Below the pieces are notes generated by a model. That model worked only from the letters and a program-made list of their open reading frames with translations, was not told where the DNA came from and searched no databases. The position numbers were made by a program, and so were the translations under genes. Positions 51,796 to 64,000 of a stretch of 64,000 nt of DNA are shown here, piece by piece. This DNA comes from the human T2T-CHM13v2.0 reference genome, Homo sapiens: the NCBI RefSeq assembly GCF_009914755.1, contig NC_060926.1. One strand, written 5' to 3'. How positions within the stretch are numbered: position 1 is the stretch's first letter; each line of letters begins with the position of its first letter.

Positions 51796-54700
51796 TTTTC
51801 TACAAAGAAAACTAGTTTTCATAGAAAAGCAGCAAATATACCTTTTGTTTTTAAATATGTTAAACCTGAGGGGAATGGCTTTAAAACCCTACATATTTTA
51901 CATAATCTTTTTTCATTATTTCAGTTTTTATAAAATTTCTTTTTCCCAATCCTGGTGTACTATGCACCAGGCTGACCTAAAGGAGAGGCCTTCTTTGCTT
52001 TCTATCTATAAATTTAAATTTTTTTTTGACAAATTGATACACACATGAGTTTTGACAGAAATAGAATTGCCTTGATAACTCTTCAAATGTAAGTTTAATG
52101 AGGTAAGAAATAAATAAAGATTATTTGAAATCTCAATAGAAATTCAACTATAAAAGTCAAAATAGTTTAGATAAATATATAAAGGGGAAAAGTTGAAAAT
52201 GTTAAGAATACCACATATTCAACATGCAGAAAGAATCTGTCATTGAACAATGCGTCCTGGAGAGAGCAACGATTTTTAAAAAACAGTGAATGGCATATTA
52301 TTGCAAACTTTGTTTCCCACAATTTATGTTCTTTTCCTAAACTGATAAAATATAATACAGTGCCTCAAATAATATTCATTTATCAAAACCACTTGATAAA
52401 TATCTCTATTGTTTCTTGGGAAACTATATAGGAAAACACCCTACATTCTGCTTAATAATTTCCTTAGTAAAACAACATATTCTACTCAATATTTCTAAAA
52501 TTAATTCTTTAACAAGGTGTTATATCTCTAATATCCCTAAACATGGTTTCATTAGCTAGCCAGGGTAACAGGTTGAAACCACACTAATGTGTCCCAGAAG
52601 ACCTTGTTGTTTTGTATCCACTGAAAAAGAGTCATGGCAATATTGTGTTCTGTAATATAATTAGTGAGTTTCTATAGTAAAAATAAGCAAATTTCAAATA
52701 AATGATTTAGTCCTTGAGATATATGAAAAAAGTGTAAAACTTTCTTAAACTCATGCTTTCTGAAATCATTCCAATCTCATTTTTCTCTCAAGCTCCTCAG
52801 TCATGTTCTACCAACAGAATTATTAATCTTTCTGATGTTTCTACCAGACAATCCTCTCTGATGAAACATTTTTTAAATAATCATATGAAGACGTTAAAAA
52901 ATTTGTTACAGAAAAACAGAACTATTGTTTTATTTTTCTAATAAATATGTAAAATATTATTAAAATGCAGTACTACATATTTTTAGATACAAATAGCTAT
53001 AAATTATCCATATTTCCAAGAAAGCAAATGATGACTATTCCTACATAAATTGTTTTATTCACTGTTTAATCCATCATTAGGTTTGATAACACTTTGAAAT
53101 AAAGTTTGTAAATAGTATAGGAGATAAAAAGATTCTCTAAAGACTGTTTTCAAGTTCCCCCTTTTAGTAACAATGTTCTTTACTATACATATTTATTATG
53201 AGTTAAGAGAAGAAATAGTTTTAAATTAAAAAGAATGACAAATGTCTTTACATTATTCTTTTAGCAATTACCCACTTTGTAGCAAAAAAACTATAACCCT
53301 TCAAATTTAGCTGCAGAAAAAATCCACACATTCTGTGCCACATTTATCTAATTTTATTCAATGATGACTGGCTACCTGGGTTATACGTGGTGAAGATTTG
53401 AGGAATAAGGGATAGATTAGAAAGAAATAAACAAAAAGATATAATTTCTCCATTCTCCTCTTAGTAATAGCCAGTAAATATCTGAGAGAATTGCAAAAAA
53501 TACAAACTCAGTTTTCATTGAAATTAGTGATTGCAATAACAGTTGTCCATATTTAAGCATTCCACCAGACCATGATATTTTAAGCATTGAAAAATGTATT
53601 TTTGTTGGTGTAGTAACATTATTTTGTCAATTTAAAATTTAGTTTCTAAATAATTTACATCTGTAGCTCAAGACCAATTATTTTGTTATTTGTAAAATAA
53701 TGGGCAGTTTCAACCCAGACAGGTGTGTGCTTTGTAGAATTGCAGTAAGCAACTATGTTATGTTATGGCAAGTTTAAATTGCAATATAATTATTATTCTC
53801 ATTCAAATATTTTCTAAACATATGGAATATGATGATATAGTATTACAAGTTATACATTTAACATTTATATCAGAACTTTTACCTGTATATGAAGAACTTA
53901 AGATGAACAAAAATAATTGCTTTTGTTGAAGCAAAGTTTAGAGGTTCTGTCAATAAATATATTGTAGTCTGTGTCTGCTATGATTTGGTCAGGAAAATGG
54001 AAACCTCTCCAAATATTTCAAACAGTAAGTGATTTAAAATAGAAAATTAGAAATGAATAAAAGTACTGGAAGACTATTGGTACAAATCTCAGGAAAGCCA
54101 GAATAGGTCCAGAAAATACAGGAATAGCAGGAAAAAACCTAAATGGTCTATATCAACTGTTCATACCATTGAATTGAGTTATTTGCAGAATTAGAGATAT
54201 TTTGTGAAAGGAGTCTCAGATATCACTGGCAATGTCTCATATTTGCATCTTCATATATTGGCCTACACTTCTTCAAATGCAAAAATGGCTTCTGCTTCGC
54301 TTTTCTTTCCAAATTTTGCATAATTGCTTCTCACTGGAAAACTCTATTCTGGAATCATGCTACTAACCATTATGAGAAATACGGTTTCAAGGCTTCTGGC
54401 TCTTGTAATAGAGGAGAGAGTATAAATGGTGAAATTGTTACTGACTACTGGCACACAGTTCATCTTTCTTTAAAATGTTCATAAAGATGTGTCCCAAATT
54501 GTCAAATATAAGAAAGAATTATTTGAAAATGAAAAAGTCAGCAGAAATTACTTGTAAATAACCTTAAACCATCTCATTTTCCCTCCCCCTTCATTCTCTT
54601 TAAATCTTCATACTACGTTCGTTCTTAACTCTCCCATACTTTGCTTATTCTCATCCTACTTTCACAGTTTTAGCAAAGTTTTTCAGGTAAATGGTGTTGG

Positions 54701-56278
54701 AGAATACTGAGCCAAGTTAGATGAAAATTCCTAAACCAAGTTTGGAGTGTGGCTTTATGGAGAGTAGGGGGTCAAGGTGACGGCCAAGGATGGGTGGCCA
54801 GTTCTTAAATTTAACAAGCTGAAATATTTTTCCACAAATGAATCCTGGACAGGTCGCAGGGAAATCCATTTCATTGTCACTGGCTACTTGAGTGGAGTTT
54901 GAGCAAGAGTGCTGGTCAGAGTGGCGCTCAGGGCATCCTGGTCAAGCAGGAGGCACAGGCCTATTGGGAACAGAGTACACCAGATCACCAAGGCCACAGC
55001 ACATGGTCTATATCTTGATGATCTGCATGCTCTGGACCCAACAGACCTTTCTTTCCTGCTCCTTAGGCCAATGCTTTTTTTTTTTTTTTAAACCCGTTTA
55101 GTTTACCAATATATTTTTACCTATTTAGTTTTATTTGATGATTTAGAATATATTTATACCTTTATTTGCCAGAAATGTATTGCTTATTTAGTTTTACTTA
55201 TTTCTTTACAAATTCTGAACAGATTTTTAAATAAAATATGCCAGTATTAACACTGATATTTTGGTCCAACCTGAAATAAAGTCTGACATTCATATGATAT
55301 TGCCATTTGACTCACATTGCAATTACTAGAAAAACCAAGTCCTCTCTGTAACCCTAAATTGCAAATGCAATACACTCAAAACACATTACAAAATGTGGCT
55401 GAATATGATGCCCCAACTGAAGGTTTAAAACAAATTCTGCAAAGCAAATTTCTCCCTAGTATGAGGCTTATACTCTGCACAAAACTGACAATATCATGTT
55501 TTGGATAATGGGAATAGAAAAGTGAGAACAGATGAAGTTAGGAGCTTCTCAACTCTACTTTGGCCCAAAGGAAGCAGGATAAAATAAAATAAATGAGGAT
55601 TCACACAGATTAGATATGTTTGCAATCTGGGGAAGAGAAACGTACTCTGCTCTGTAAACTGCTGTCTAGAAGACAACCTCTGCTGGCTGGGAAAAAATAA
55701 ATGCAAAATAATTTGTTCTCACACACAACTGCTCAGAGAACAGTCTGCATTTAAATAAAATGAAGGAAATGAAAAAAAAACTAAGTGAATTAAGGATTCT
55801 AACCTGGGAGATAAAAAAAAACTACAATATAAATTTGAAGAAAGAGTATAAATAATTATTAATTATAAAATATTAGCATAATGAAGCAATGAAAAAATGT
55901 CCAAAATAATAAATAAATTTAAGAAGAAATTTTCGGCAAAAGAGATAATAAAGTAGATGAACATTTAACTAATTTAATTCAAAAGTATTTGGAAAGCTGT
56001 TGAGGGTAAAGCAAAAACTACCAAAATAAGAAATGAAAACGAATAGCAAGATTAGTTGGCTCAACCCTATGCAAACAGAATACAGATTATGATTAGTATT
56101 TACCATCTTTATCTTGTTCATTATGTACTAAAGAAACAGATTAGTATTTCATCATTATTATGATGCTCTCTGTAGATTTTTAGTAGATATACTTTATCAA
56201 ATTAAGGAAGGTCCATTATATCCTAGTGTATTTGTTTCTTTTCTCATGAATGAGGGTTGAATTTTATCAGATGTTCTC

Positions 56279-56446
56279 TTTTTTAAAAACAATCTTTATT
56301 TTTAATTTTTGTCGGTACGTAGTAGGTGTATATATTTATGGGGTACACGAGATATTTTGATAAGGTATGCAATGTGTAATAATCACATCATGGAAAATGG
56401 GGTATCTATCCCCTCAAGCATTTATCCTTTGTTACAAACCATCCAA
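56279..56446 (-). mobile_element. L1MA2-like 3' end, severely 5'-truncated
   Basis: Contains GGTACGTAGTAGGTGTATATATTTATGGGGTACA. TSD-like CAGAT(G/A)TTCTC lies at 56268-56278 and 56447-56457. Confidence 0.8.
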
Positions 56447-57051
56447 CAGATATTCTCGTGTTATTAATTGAGATGACCATATGGTTTTCTTTTTTTCTCT
56501 GTTAATGAATCACATTATTTTCAAATGTTAAACAAACCTTGCCTTTATGGGAAAACCCCCACTTGTTAGCAGCCTCTTACTGGCTTTACAATTTCTGTAG
56601 GAATTGTAGTGATAGCCACTTTTTTTGTGTTGACAATTTATTTTCTTTCTCACTTATTACTCTTACTAATATTTTTGAAAAATTCAAAATTTGGATTTAT
56701 TGACTTTTATTTCTTCTTCATATTAGTTACTTTATGTATTCTTATATTATTGTTTCTTTGTTTTATTGCATTTTTTTTCTTTTTTGAGATTGAGATGGAA
56801 GGTTGAGATCATTGATTTTTTTACCCTTTTTTATTTTCTCTTAAGCATTGCTTTAGCAGCATCCTACATGCTTTAATATGTTGTTTTTCATTACATTTCA
56901 GTTCAAAATATTTAAATATTTCTTTTGAGATTCTTTCTTTGACTCTTGGATTGGGTATACTGCTGAATTTCCAAACATGAAGATTTTTAGTTATCTTTAT
57001 TATTTCTAGTTTAATAATTCCACTGTGGTCAGAGAACATCATTTGTATGGT

Positions 57052-57163
57052 TTCCTTTCTTTCTTTCTTTCTTTCTTTTCTTTCTTTCTTTTTTTTTTTT
57101 TTGACAGAGTCACACTCTGTCGCCCAGGCTGGAGTGCAGTGGTGTGATCTCGGCTCACTGCAA
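57052..57163 (-). mobile_element. Severely 5'-truncated Alu (last ~60 nt plus (GAAA)n/A tail)
   Basis: GACAGAGTCACACTCTGTCGCCCAGGCTGGAGTGCAGTGG, flanked by GTATGG(T/C)TT repeats. Confidence 0.88.
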
Positions 57164-57499
57164 GTATGGCTTTATTTCTATGAAAATAATTAAATAATTG
57201 AGGCTTTATTTATGGGACAGCATATGGTTCATTTTGGCAAATGTTTGAAATGTACTTAAAAAATACATTGCTGTTGTAAGTAGAATGTTCTACATAGGTT
57301 GACTAGGTAAAGTTGATTAACCAATAAGTAAATCTCTAAAATTAGTAAGATTTTCTCTGCTTGTTGAAATAATTACTGAGAGAAATTTGTTATCTTTTGA
57401 AGCTGTGTTATGAAATTTCCTTTTGTCTCTAATAATATGTGTTGCTTTAAAGAGCAGCACGATGCAATAACCAACAAAACTTATCAAGCCCTTACTTTG

Positions 57500-57680
57500 T
57501 TCCACTCATCCTCTGAGTTTTCTGCATATATTAGCACAAAGCTAATCATCACAATTCTGTAATTACTGTAATATTTCAATTTTATAGATAAGTTAACTGA
57601 GCTTTAGAGAAACTTGCAAATGCACATATATGGTAGATGGCAGAGATGGCATTTGAACCCAGCCAGTGTAGGCCTAAATG
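57500..57680 (-). mobile_element. MIR
   Basis: Contains ATTTTATAGATAAGTTAACTGAGCTTTAGAGA and GGCATTTGAACCCAG. Confidence 0.65.
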
Positions 57681-58447
57681 TTCCTAATATCTTTGGAACG
57701 CTGACTTAAGCAAACGAAAATTTATGCGACATTATTTGATAGAAAGCCTCTAAAATCAGTTTGGTAATTTTTTCATTGTTGTAAAGCAGAAACTAAATGT
57801 TTTATGCTTTCGCGACATATGATTTTTTTAAACAATCCTTTTAAATATTTTTTAAAATTCCCATCTCACTGGTCATATAGGAATAGACCATTTGCCAGGT
57901 AAGTTCCATGGGCCATAGTTTGCAAACCCTTGCTCTACACCATGAAAATGTGAGTTCTCCCTGCCTCTTATGCACAAATTAAATATCATTTCAATAATGA
58001 TACAATTATTTGAGTAGGAAAGAACCATGGAACCAAAAATGTATTTCATATGTGAAAAATATGTTAGCATATAAATAATATTAAAGCAAAAAAGTCCATC
58101 TTAGACGGCATGAAAGAAATACAAGCTGCTTAAAAACTTACACAAATAATTTTGAACACTTCTTAGATAACACATACTGATCTCAGAACTTTTAATTCTC
58201 TTGTCTCATTTTATCTTTATCTTTTTATCATAGCTTGGTTAATGCCTATAGCTAGTAGATAATATAATACGGATTTAACACTAGGAAAACTAATTTTAGA
58301 GTCAGAATTATAGCTTTTAATTATATGATTGAAAGTGCGTACCACTATATGCAAGAAGCACAGCTACACCTTAGTAACTGAGGCACATTGCAAGAAAAAT
58401 GATAATGAAGACCTAAAAGAAACATGCAAATCTAAATTAATTAGTGG

Positions 58448-58696
58448 TGCCTGGGTGTGTTGCCTCATGCCTGTAGTCCTAGCACTTTGGGAGGCCCAAG
58501 TGGGTGGATAGCTTGGGTTTAGGAGTTCGAGAGCAGCATGGGCAGCATAGTGAGACCTTGTCTCTACTAAAAATTTAAAAAATTAGCTGGATGTAGTGGC
58601 ACACGCCTGAAGTCCTAGCTACTCAGCAGGCTGAGGCAGGAGGATCACTTGAGCCTGGGAAATAGACGTTGCAGTGAGCTATGATTTTGTCATTGC
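58448..58696 (+). mobile_element. AluJ, 3'-truncated
   Basis: Has J-type diagnostics (GGAGGATCACTTGAGCC, GTGAGCTATGAT). Homology stops before the tail. Confidence 0.85.
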
Positions 58697-59021
58697 CTCA
58701 GCCAGACAATGAATGTCATTGTTACTATGATACTGATTATCACTAAGATATATAATGAACACTAATAAAATAGAGTATTATCTTTTCTAGGGTTTATTCC
58801 TCCATTTATTTTATATCTACTAAATACAAATTATGCAAATCAAATTCTTTTATCAACGTGCATTTGAAACTCAACTTAGCAAGACAAATGAACCCCAACA
58901 AACATTCGAAAAGTAAGACCCAGATTAAAAACAACAAAAACAAAAACCCAAACTTTCTTCCAAATATTGGCTAATTTAATTAAGGGTAAAACATAATACA
59001 AAATGGTAGAAAATCTAGGAG

Positions 59022-59023
<2 letters not shown>

Positions 59024-59067
<44 letters not shown>

Positions 59068-59084
59068 CATATATATATATATAT
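59024..59084. repeat. Compound (CA)n(TA)n microsatellite
   Basis: Direct reading. Confidence 0.9.
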
Positions 59085-59098
59085 GTGAAAGTACGTAT

Positions 59099-59460
59099 TA
59101 TTTCAGTCTGTTCAGACTGCTATAACAAACATATCATAAACTGGGTGGTTTAAACAACAAACATTGTTTTCTCACAGTTCTGGAGACTTAGACGTCCAGG
59201 ATCAAGGTATTGGCAGATCTGGTGTCTGGTGAAGGCACACTTCTTTTTTCATAAATAGTCATCTTCTTGCTGCATCCTCACATGGCTGAAGGAGAGAGAG
59301 CTCTTCAAATCTCTTTTATAAGGGCACTAATTTCATTTATGAGGACTTTACCCTCATGACCTAGTTAACTTCTGAAAGCCCCACCTCCTAATACCATCAC
59401 ATTGGGGTTAAATTTTCAGCATACTAATTTTGGAGTCATAGAAACATTCAGTCCATAGTA
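59099..59460 (-). mobile_element. MLT1A/MLT1A0 solo LTR
   Basis: Contains CAGACTGCTATAACAAA, CTCACAGTTCTGGAG and CCCACCTCCTAATACCATCACATTGGGG, and ends AAACATTCAGTCCATAG. Confidence 0.85.
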
Positions 59461-59636
59461 TATACATATTTCCTAGGATATATTCTACATTATATTATGT
59501 ATTACATGTAAATATATGTTCTAGGAAATATTTTTAAAATTACATTCTACACTATGTAAAATATGGTTTAAGTAGAAATGTTCAGAGGAAAACTCATAGT
59601 GGTAATCTATAAAATTTAGAATTAAAAATAAGGCTG

Positions 59637-60286
<650 letters not shown>

Positions 60287-61757
60287 AATTAAAAATATGG
60301 AAAGCATTCTATTCAAACCATTAGAAAAAAAATAAGAAAACCAGAAAATGTAAGATAAAAGCAGACATTTTATATTTATATTCTTATGCTGATACATATA
60401 TCATGAATGGCTTTTTGATGCAGTGAACAGGCATACTACCACCTATCACAATTAGGAAAAAGGAGAGAAAGCCCACATAGAAATTAATAATAGTAATTAG
60501 AAAATAACCCAAAAGAGAAAATTGATGGAAATTTTAGTAAATATATTTAAAATTTTAGAAGAATTAACTCATTAGAGGAAAACATAGGGTAAACAAATTT
60601 GATCCCAGAGAGAAATTCTAAAGAGAACAGTTGTTATGGAAGAAAAATACATTAAAGTCCTACATCCCTAAAAAGACACCAGGCTCAAATATTTTATAGG
60701 TTAGCCCTGTCAAAACTTCAAAAACAAATAATCTTGTGAGATTTTAACTGTTTCAAGAGTAAGCAAAATAGATATATTTGTTTATTAAGGATCATCAAGA
60801 TAAGTAAAAAAATAAAAATGCATGACAGTATTTATAGTATGCTCCTACTTGGGTTTACAAAAAGACATTCATATCTACTCATAAGCACAAAAAAATTCTG
60901 GAATTTTATAAAAAAGTTATCTGTTGCCAGTGGCTGCCTTTAGGGCATGAGCTTCAGAAGGAGATTTGCTTTTTTGTTTTATACTGCTTTATTTTCATGA
61001 AGTGTGCATTTTTAAAGATGACTTTTTTCAATAAGCACAATATTTTTAAATAAACAATCCTAAGAGTACAATGACAAGAAGAGAGCAAAAAGACAGATGT
61101 CTTGGCAATGTGATTTGGAGTAGAAGAGCTATACTGATAAGTCCAATGACCCAAAAAGTATAAAACATAAAATTTTCAAGTAGACATCATTCAGATGTTT
61201 TCCCTTCATAATGCTACAATAAGAACATTTGAAAACCCTTGACATCTGAATATTTTGGCATCATGCAGTCTTAAGCCACAATCAGTAACCTTTTTAAACA
61301 TTAAAAATGTATCATTAAATATTTAATACCATCAAAATGATGTAAGGAATAATATCACAAATACAAACTTTTGAAAACCCATCACAGAGTTTAAGTAGAA
61401 ATTATCAATATAACTAAAGTCTACTCAAACATACCCTGTCTTTCTACTCATTAGATGTAGCCTTCTTCCTGACTTTTTTCTCTTTTTGTATTTGTAGTAT
61501 ATATATATTATATATTTATTTCTATATATATACTTCTAAATATTGTTTACTTTTGCTACTTTAAAAAAGTACCAGAAAGTATTTATTTTATGTTACTTCA
61601 GTATTATTAATGTTCAGTATTATTGTGCTTGTGAAAGTTATTCATGAAATACAAGTGCCACTAATTTCTTTTCACTACCCTGTATTTTCTATTGTACTCT
61701 TTTGCAAAATTGAATTATCTTTCCCTTGTAAATGAACATTTGTATTGTTTGAGGAAT

Positions 61758-62063
61758 TATTTATTTATTTATTTATTTTGAGAGGAAGTCTCGCTCTGTC
61801 ACCCAGGCTAGAGTGCAGTGATGTGATCTCTGTTCACTGCAACCTCCGTCTCCCAGTGAGAATCAAGAGATTCTCCTGCCTCAGCCTCCCAAGTAGCTGG
61901 GGCTACAAGTATCCACCACCATGACTGGCTGATTTTTGCATTTTTAGTAGAGACGGGGTTTCACCATGTTGGCCAGGCTGGTCTCGAACTCCTGACCTCA
62001 TGATCCGCCCACCTCAGCCTCCAAAAGTATTGGGATTACAGGTGTGAGCCTCTGTCCCCGGCT
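61758..62063 (-). mobile_element. AluS (Sg-like) with a (TAAA)n tail
   Basis: Antisense dimer. CTGACCTCATGATCC shows the 2-bp deletion diagnostic. Confidence 0.92.
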
Positions 62064-64000
62064 GAATTCCTTTTATTAAAAGCAGCTATTTTGTGACTAT
62101 TGTTTTAAATGTCTCATTCTATGTGCAAGCATATCTCTAGCCAGAGTGAGTTATAGTTGGATTGCTGGGATATTTTATCTTTACAGAGAGGCAAAAAAAA
62201 ATGCATCTTAAAATCAATGAAATGTGATAGATAATGTCAGAGCATGATATTAAGCAGTAATGTAAATATACACAATAAGCTTATCAGAGTGGCTCTGTAG
62301 CTGATACCAATATTTGGTATTATCAGACTTTCTAATTTTGGCTTGTCTTGTGAGCATAAAATGGTGTTCTGGTTGTAATCTTTATTTCTTAATTAATAAA
62401 TATTTATATTTGACAACTTATGTAAATTGTACATAATTTCTGATTTCTTTTATTTTTTATTATTAGTATTGACAGTCTATTATTCTTTCCAAAATGAAAT
62501 TAAATTAGGAGTGTTTTAAATTTTTTATTTTATGCATTTTAAAACTACATACTAATATCATGTTTTTGGGTTCTAACCATTGCATATGGGCAAAGAATAG
62601 ATTCTTTGAAAAACCAATTCTCTGAATTTTATTAAATCTTGTTTTATAGCTTATTCATGATCAACTTTATATTTCAAGTTTGTTTGAGTCAATTGAATAT
62701 TCTCAAGATATTGGGTAGACTATTCCATATATGTCTATTAGATCAAGCATGTGAATTGCATTATTTAAATATTCTATAGATTAGGATCTGTGAAAACAGC
62801 ACATTTTTATACAATAACGGAAGTTTATCCTCAAGGTTAATTTGCTCCAAGTACAAAGTATTTTTGTAAACTGTAAGGTTGAGTTTTAATACATTTTTTA
62901 TTAAACAAGGAATAGCTATTTATCCTTTCAAAATTTCATTGTTGTTGCTATTTTTTTTGGAATAAGTCAATAATGCATTAAAATTTCAGAATTTGTAAAA
63001 TGAGCAAATTAATTTTTTTGTGTGAAAAATATAGTTCATAGTTGTTTAGGTGTTTATAGTTCTCCTTTTATGCATTAACAGTTTTATATAACATCTATAT
63101 TTACTTTTTAATATTAGAGGAAATTTCTTGTGGTTTTGAATTGCATTTGTACTACTAGGTTCCTTTCATGAACTATTTTAATCATAGATCAAATGGCTTC
63201 TCACAAGAATTAGCTACTCAATATCTTAATAAGGTGGGCTGTCATGCAAGGCATGAAAGGAGTCAAATTTCTTTTGCTTTCAGATATCTACAATTTTATG
63301 TGTCTCTTCTGTACAAAGCCCCAAAACATTTTACAAAAAGCAAATATAGATGAACAGAAAATTCAATGTAAAATTCAATAGCTGAACTGCCTTAGAATTT
63401 TGAAGGACATACGTATACCAGTGAAATACAATACAAGTAGTTATAGAAACAAGAAAGCAGGCTGGGGCATTGGTGCTAATTTTATCTTTTGTAACTAGCC
63501 TTCAAATAAATGGGTTAAATAGTGATAAATTTCTATACCACTTTAATACATTTTAAATTTTGAGAAACTATATTGGGCAAGAAAGAATGTTAAAACCAAG
63601 GTTTCAGGAAATTACCTCATTTGAAAACATTTGAAAACAAAAATGTGGTAGTTTCCTGTATATCCTATATAGTGGTTAAATGTCTGTTAGGGATAGAAAT
63701 GATTTCAGTCAAGTAATTCCACTTTCTTGAACTCTTGGCCAATCTGTTTTAATTATTACCCATTGCTACTAAACGTTCCATGGAATCAATGTTATATAAT
63801 AGATTATGAATATGCTATATTCAGAAAGAGTGGTGATTACCTTCCATAGACTCCTAACTATTCTTCATGCTTATCTGATTTTCCCATTAGATACAATTTT
63901 CATTTTAAAGCAACTTATATATATATATATATCAGTACTTTTTTAGTCCTCATTGCCTATAAAACTAAGTCTAAACACACCAGTCTGGGATTAAAGACCT

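Larger units (their letters stand above)
56160..57440 (-). mobile_element. Old L1M ORF2 remnant hosting an L1MA 3' end and a truncated Alu
   Basis: Contains antisense L1 motifs (TTTATCAAATTAAGGAAG, CCACTGTGGTCAGAGAACA). ORF 56821..57042 contains FSDHSGI..KLEI, from the end of the EN domain. Confidence 0.7.

Noticed and set aside
54700-55070. Locally GC-richer unique stretch with short ORFs
   Set aside because: No recognisable protein, repeat family, splice structure or poly(A)/TSD. I cannot support a call.

Overview
This is AT-rich primate (most likely human) nuclear DNA with no host protein-coding gene, tRNA, rRNA or CRISPR array that I can support. It looks like gene-desert or deep-intronic sequence. 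The ORFs with recognisable protein similarity derive from L1, HERV-L, MaLR or Alu. The window holds many transposon fossils: L1 (PA3/4 to old L1M), Alu (J, S, Y), L2, MIR, MaLR LTRs (THE1, MST, MLT1), a two-LTR HERV-L/MLT2A provirus, a HERV16/LTR16 remnant, MER21, MLT2 and hAT/mariner MITEs. Subfamily names come from recalled consensus sequences, not from a RepeatMasker run. I found no new biological system. The most interesting signals are DNA-repair and retrotransposition scars. (1) A ~476-bp segment copied from 2.4 kb downstream into HERV16, flanked by an 11-bp direct repeat and showing a sharp identity step suggestive of later gene conversion. (2) Several snap-back (inverted plus direct) templated-insertion footprints. 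(3) An in-frame gag-to-RT deletion in HERV-L. (4) A tail-less, bipartite, ORF1-only L1 capture. (5) A twin-primed L1 with a possible short 3' transduction.
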